A stretch of 55,472 nucleotides of DNA, filler included, from Jimgerdemannia flammicorona (taxonomy: Eukaryota), in NCBI GenBank assembly GCA_003990765.1. It is 3 parts of 3 records of this genome, joined end to end, with 100 filler letters (N's around TTAATTAATTAA, not from the genome) between each part and the next. Parts side by side here need not be neighbours in the genome. Positions count along the whole stretch, not along the records: positions 37,053 to 55,472 come from RBNJ01002214.1; 2 more parts are not named here. The stretch is one strand, 5' to 3'. This document shows, in pieces, positions 49,090 to 55,472 of the stretch. Both the position numbers and the translations under genes were made by a program. The notes under the pieces are model-generated. The model searched no databases, was not told where the DNA came from, and saw only the letters and a program-made list of their open reading frames with translations. Within the stretch, counting starts at the first letter, position 1, and each line of letters begins with the position of its first letter.

Positions 49090-52000
49090 TACCTTTCACT
49101 GGTAATATTTAGATGACACAAGACTCAGACAATACTTTTTATAATATTTTTGGTAAAAGAAGACTATCAACATAGATAGCAACAAATATACTATTGAGTA
49201 TGCAGACCAGGGGGGCAGCAGTACCTTTGACTAGCAGTATGTAGAGAGGAGAAGAGATGGTTTGGGGATACCAGGGCCTTCTATGGCTGGCCATAGCACT
49301 AGTAGTAGAGAGAGGGGTAGATTGAGACAATGAGGAGAGGAGAGGATGACCTTTGCTAATAAGGTCAAGATGGGAAAAATGACATCTAGTCTGAATAGTT
49401 GGTTGGGACTAGGAAAGACATTGACAGCCTCAGTTGGGGCCCAGGGAGGGGCCCCTATGGAAGGGTCAGATAGTAGAGAGAGGGGGGGAGTAGGGGCTGA
49501 AGATGTGACTGCTGATAGAGCCATGACTGGAGATCTGAAAAAAAATCTAGATGTGATGGTAGCTGGTGGATCAGGACAGAGGGAGAGCATGAGGCCTGGG
49601 GATCTGGCAGATGGTATGATGGGCATAGTATCAGCACTGTTACTCAAAAAGTTGAGATTAGAATTCACCATCATGTTATACTTCTAAGACTTAATAGTGA
49701 CTGTGAGGATGATTTTGGGCCTGGTGATGTAGGAAGTAAAGGGAGCAGCTTTAGTGAAGTTCTTGAAGGAGAAAGAAGGGGTTGAGATAGAATTTGAGGA
49801 AGAGGTATCATTATTAGAGACTGTGGAGAAGGGGGTAATAGTGGGCAGAGTAGTGGTTCCTATGACCAAGTACATACACTGGGACCCTCAAGTGGTATAG
49901 TTGATGATATTGGATCTTCCTATGGTATCAAGGGAGAGGACCAGAGAGCTGATTGTGGAGGTGGTCAAGGAGTATGAGGAGATTGTAAATATCAAGTTCT
50001 GAGTCTGAGAGGGTACTGAACTCAGGATGAGAGACATTGATGTCAGAGTGAGGCTGGCTGGAAGAGAGAACATGGGGAAGGCAAGGGACTGGCCTGCTAC
50101 TCTTAAGTGGAGCCAAGTTGAGTGCAAGGTTTTGAGAGTGAAGGAGACACTTGAGGAAGAGGAGGACTTGCTGGAGGCTCTGGAGAATCTGGCAGAAGTA
50201 GTTGAGAAAAGACAACTGGCTTAGAAAGAGTATAAGGCTAAGATAGTGGTGGAGATTATAAATAGTAAAAGGGTCAGGATGGACAAGGGGACCTGGAAGA
50301 AGATGCAGAGGAGACAAATCCAGAAGGAGTTGGCAAAGATAGGAGAGGGTGTGGCAGATAGTGGGATAGAAGAAGATAGTACTGGACTGAGAGAGAGTGT
50401 CTGGGTGGGGGAGCACAGGATGGCTCCAAATGTGGCCCTGGATAGATTGAGCAAGGAGGGTCTTAGTGGCATAGTAGAGGATGCCAAAATGGGGGAGGAA
50501 GTTTGCCCTCAGTATGGTGTTCTGAGCAGGGCAGGGGGGGAGGAGGAACTACTAGATATACTGGAGGAGGAGTGGGATGAGTCAGGAAGGAGGAGCACTT
50601 TGGTGGACCCTGTGGTGGGAGTTGAGGCAGTGGATGAAGAGAAGTGACTGTGGAAGACTCTGGAGAAAGTAGCAGCTGAGGAGCTCAAGGGAGAGGACTT
50701 CCAGATACTAAGTGATTGGCATTGGGAGGATTCTTCATGGGGAGGAAGTGCCAAGAAAGATTAGGAATGAAATCCTGGCAGTACTCTTAGAGTCAGAGGA
50801 ATATCAAGTTGATGATTAAAGGGAGGAGGCCCTTTAGAGAATCATGAATGATCGAGTGATATACTTGTAGGACTCAAGGAAGGAGTTGGAGAAGTGGAGA
50901 GTGGTATGTACAGATTATCAGGCAGAAATGGAGATTGTGGATGGAGTAGAGTGTTAGGAAATCTTGGAAGCACTGGATACTCAGGCTGTATCAGAGGATG
51001 ATTTGGAGGCAGAGCAGTATTTGGATCTGACTAGGGACAGGATGAGTATAGAATTCTAGACTGGGCTCTCATTTTCAAACATTTTATCAATATGAACAAT
51101 ATAACTAGAATCTTTTCTTTGAATGTGAATGGGTTGAGGAGAGTGGCACAGTGAAGGAATATCTTTAGCTGGCTGAGGGGACTGGATGCAGATCTCTTCT
51201 TACTGCAGGATATATAGTATGAGGTAGACTTGGACTTACTGGACTGGACTAGAGAATGGGGTGGGGCAGCAGTATGGACTAGATGGGTGGGTATTCTGGT
51301 TTGAAAGGAGATAGACATTGGGGACATTGGGGGAGTAGGTTGATGTGAAGAGTATAAAAGAGATCTAGGTAGAACCCTTTGACTGTTGAGTTGTATTATT
51401 GCCCAGCTGAGAGGGGGGAATATGTAAATTGGGTCAGAGGCCTGAGGGAAGCTGGTATTATGGGTGAGGCAGAGATTGATTGCCTGGGGGAGGGATTTCA
51501 ACATAGTATATAATAATGGAATAGATAGGACTAATGGTGGGAGAGAAATGAGAGGCAGAAGTGGTGGGATAGATAATTGGATGGAGATTGAGAGGTTGAG
51601 CTCCTTGGTGGACTTGGGGCAACATTTTTGGGTGAATTACCAAATTTATATCCACTGGGTTGTAGGGCTGGGCTCTAGGATTGACTGGGTATTAATAGCA
51701 GAATACTGAGGAGTGGATGTCTGGGACACACTGGAGGTGGTTTGGTACCTATGATCAGATCACTGGGGTCTGATAAAGTGTGGGAGATTTGGGGGAAGTG
51801 AGGATGGGCTCAGACATTGGTGACTGAATTCTTCTTTGTTGGAGGATAGTGCCTTATAGATAGACTGAGAGGTAGAAGTTATTGAGAAGATTGGTAGGTG
51901 GTGGGAGCAGGGACTAGTGATTAGGGATCACTGGTGGTAGCTGAAATCAAGTGCTCAGAGGTTCTGGAGGGAGGCAGGGAAAGGAAGGAGTACTCAGTAG

Positions 52001-54824
52001 TGGCAGCAAGTGCAATGAGCTTTGCAGAGATTGGCAGTACTTCTGGGGAGGTGGGCAGAGTCACTGGAGAGATGGGGGGTGACTGATTGGTATATTCTGT
52101 AAATAAAAAAGGAAGTAGATGAGCTTAAGAAAGTGCTATGAATGGAGGAAGAGGTTCAGCTAAAGGGGATAGTGGTGAGATTGTAGTGGCAGAGGTTGGA
52201 GGAAAAGGAGAGATCTATTAGGTTTCTTTCATAGTTGCTCCAAGCTCAGAGAACCAGATAGTGGTAAGATGGTATTTTGGATAAGGATGGAGAGATGGTG
52301 GCAGGGACTCCTAAAATTCTGGAATTGCTGAGGACTTACTGGGAGAATTTATAGAGTGAGAAAGAAGGAGGTAAGGATGCCCTGAACATTAAATGGCAGT
52401 TGGAGGAGTGGCATTCAGACCCAGCACTAGACCTGGAGACACTGGGAGATCCAGTGTGGGGGGAGAAAGTATGCAAGGTCTTGGCTTTGACAAGCAAGGA
52501 GACAGCTCCAGGAGAGGATGGGCTTTCTTGGGATTTTTGGAAAAAGATGGCTGGGGTGGAGGTAGTATTGGAGAAGATGATAGCAATGTATGGTGAGGTC
52601 CTTCAGTCTAGAACTTGGATTGGGGGCCAGCACCTAGGGCTGGTCTCCTTGCTCTATAAGGATAAGGAAAGAAGGGAGATTGGAAGAACTGGCAATCAAT
52701 CATGCTCCTTGATATGGACCACAAGCTAGTGATAAAGACTTGGTAACTAGGCTGCAGGAGATCACTCAGCAGGTGCTAGAAGTGGAGCAGAGGGGATTTG
52801 TTGGTGGTCAGTTGATCCAAGATAGCACTGCCTGAGTTTATAGGGTGATTGAAGGGGCTCAGACAGCTGGGATGAATAGCTAGTTAGTGTTTCTAGATCA
52901 GGAGAAGGTGTATGACAGGGTGAGAAGAGTCTGGCTAGAGGGAGTACTGAAGCATGTAGAGGCTCTCTCAGTATTCAGAAGGTCATTGATTAGTTTATTA
53001 GAGGACAGTCAAGCAATATTGGTGGTGAATGGACACAGGAGCATGACTTTCCCATTAGGTTGTGGGGTGCTACAAGGGGACCCCTTGTTGTCCATCCTAT
53101 ATGCCTTTCCTTGGAGCCTCTATTAGATAGGATTCGGTATCGAATTGGGGGTTTGGATATTTTAGGGATTAACTGGAAGGTTGGGGCTTTTGCAGATAAT
53201 ATGGTGGTTGGACTAGATTCATTAGTGGATGTGAAAGAATTAAGAAGGACTGTATAATGGTATGAGAGAGACTCAGGTGCTCAACTCAACTAGTACAAAT
53301 GTGAGACTCTGGTACTAAGTGGTGGAATAGTTGGTAGTGATATAATTGGGATAGTAGTCCTAGCAGAAGAACTGGTATGATACTTGAGAATATACTTTTC
53401 AATATATGGGTCCCTTCTGCCCCATGTATGGTGGGAATGGTAGCTACTAGTATGGGAGAATGTTCTCTTGCAATGGGGTAGCCAGCATATATCCCTGGTA
53501 GGAAGAGTAATAGTACTGAATGTATATTAGATACTAAAGCTGTGGTATATAGAGTATTATCTGGACTTTCTAGCATAGATGGTCAGGTGACTTTTGAAGA
53601 TATTAAGATTGTAAATTTGGGCTGGATGGTGGAGTCAGATAGGCTGGAAGGTTCTGACTTTGCCTGTTGATAGAGGTGGGCTGGGCTTAGTAGACTTTAC
53701 TAAGTGCCTATACTGTCTACAAGCATGGTAGCTGAAGAGAGCAAGTGAGTTGTGAGACCAGGAGTAGGTGCCACTCATACAGAGGGTGTGGAAAGTCTAG
53801 TATTCTCCTTGTAGAGCAACTGGTGACCTGCTTGTGATGGTGGCCATGGATGGGAGCAAGAGGATATATTATAAAGGTTTTTAGTAGGGAGTAGTAGATA
53901 GTGCTAGAAGAATTGAACTTCAGTGGAGGGGTGATGAGGGGGTAGAGGTCTGGAGACTATGGATATAGATATAGGACCAGCTACTACTGGGAGAGATATT
54001 GGTAGAGAACTTTCAGCTTAGAGATGAAATGGAATATTTGAGAGGGCTTGAGGGGGACATGTGGCCTGAAGCATGGCAGAGAGTGGAGATTGGCAAGAAG
54101 TGGAACTAGAATAGTATTTGGCCTTGGAATAAGCAGGTGATGCAGTGACTTCCCCCCAAGTTCTGAGTGGTCTGGTAGAGATTCCTGAGACAGAATATGA
54201 TGCTGAACTATTGGTCTGGGTACTTGGTGGTAGATAGTATATTTGAGTATGAGAAATGTATAGATATTGATCAGGAGAGGGGAGTGGTATAGATGCCTGA
54301 ATATTGGCTAGAGGAGTGTGAAGTTTTGAGGGTGTTTTGGCATAATATTTCTAGCAGATTGGGATTTGGGCCCCTGGTGGGGGGGGAAGGAGGGAGATGG
54401 GGAGATCTCTGACAAAGGTTAGTAGGTAGAGTGGGGGATGAATAGTTGACCTTAAAATGGGCCCTGGAAATTTGGGTAGGGATGGTCAGTCATTGGCTTT
54501 ATGTCTTCAAGGAGAGCCAGTGGGTTACATTTGAAGCCAGGGTTGTATGTTGGGAATAGTTATTACTGGACATTTTGAATAATTGGTGGAGAGAGTGGGG
54601 ACTAGATGGGGGAGACCATCAGAATTGGTGAATTGTATTTGTGAGAAGAGTGGGAGGAGGGTTCAGGTAGTGAGTGGTTGGATTGTATTTTGGTAGAGAG
54701 TGATAGTAAGTGAGGAAAGAGATCTGAGGAGTATTAGCTGAGAGGTTGTGGGTATGTATGTCATATTGTTTATAGATTGAGATTCAATATTATATTAGTA
54801 TCTAGGTAATAAGTGACTATAAAA

Positions 54825-54857
<33 letters not shown>
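49090..54857 (+). mobile_element. Full-length L1/Tx1-like LINE, degenerate, with poly(A)/(AT)n tail and TSD
   Basis: ORF1-like region about 49346-51030, ORF2 from 51092. TSD TATA(T/A)GGACAATTTGA at 49074-49089 and 54858-54873. Confidence 0.92.
51092..54700 (+). pseudogene. LINE ORF2 (APE endonuclease + RT)
   Basis: SLNVNGL, DLFLLQ, DFN, RIDW, SDH, then APGEDG, FLDQEKVYDRV, GVLQGDPL, FADN. Confidence 0.9.
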
Positions 54858-54864
<7 letters not shown>

Positions 54865-55165
54865 ACAATTTGACCTCCACACCTACAACAAGTGGGACAG
54901 ACTTTATCTACAAAAGAAAGTACTCCAATTAAATCAACAGATAGATAAAACTCTATATACTGAACTCCTTACTTTATACTCTATAAGTTAAGATGAAGAA
55001 GATCTTATAGAAGTCTTCTTTACTCTTCTCAATAAGAGTTTTGTTAGCTCTACAAATCTATGTGACCTAGGATAATTAGCAGCAGTCTTTCTAGTCTTAG
55101 TTTCTACTCTCTTGAGTTTCTTAGTAATAAACTCTAAGTTATCCTAGTGTTTCTGACTAAACTCT
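54858..55165 (+). mobile_element. LTR-B internal region resuming after the LINE
   Basis: Reverse complement of about 9530-9800. Confidence 0.8.
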
Positions 55166-55304
55166 AAAAACCTAGCTAATTTCTATTAAAACTAAAAATT
55201 GATATATAAATCTAAAAAAAAAAACTTCTTTGAACTTGAATCATAAAAGATTCAGTTTGTATATAGTAAGAATAAGATCCTTATTACTAAAGAAAAGTAA
55301 CATC

Positions 55305-55472
55305 GTGGGGGATCTGCTGACCGGATGGTGGGTGGGTTGGGGACCTCAGGGAGGACGACGTTGAGGCTTAGTGATGAAGATCTGTGAGCAGAGTGGTGGG
55401 AGGGTGGGCATAGTGTTCGACAAAGTGGTCTTTCACAGGGAAGGGATAGAGGGGGGGGGACCCCCTAGGGGG
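55305..55472. repeat. Unclassified dispersed repeat, less decayed copy of 18540-18723
   Basis: Inverted similarity, with CpGs retained. Confidence 0.78.

Noticed and set aside
49139..53576. Minus-strand ORFs over the LINE
   Set aside because: Antisense frames of purine-rich LINE coding sequence.

Overview
Eukaryotic, most likely fungal, repeat-dense DNA (GT-AG introns, fungal-type Gypsy/Copia elements) made of three contigs joined by N-spacers (18431-18530, 36953-37052). Almost all of it is nested transposon relics eroded by C->T/G->A transitions: hAT elements, two dUTPase-bearing Ty3/Gypsy families, a Copia, a Tc1/mariner, a full-length L1/Tx1-like LINE with target-site duplication, and foldback elements. 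The one clear host-like gene encodes a RING + Rcat-type, membrane-anchored E3 ligase and sits in a CpG-rich island. The most notable observations are: (1) two LTR families with no obvious DNA similarity (about 1.55 kb and 2.1 kb) carry homologous 270-365 aa ORFs of unknown function inside the LTR, upstream of the TATA box; (2) a hAT family carries a divergently oriented, spliced second gene with a half zinc-cluster motif, separated from the transposase by twin palindromes; (3) a Gypsy family has its integrase as a separate ORF overlapping the RNase H stop (ATGA). All alignments and translations outside the supplied ORF track were done by eye, and coordinates of decayed elements are approximate.
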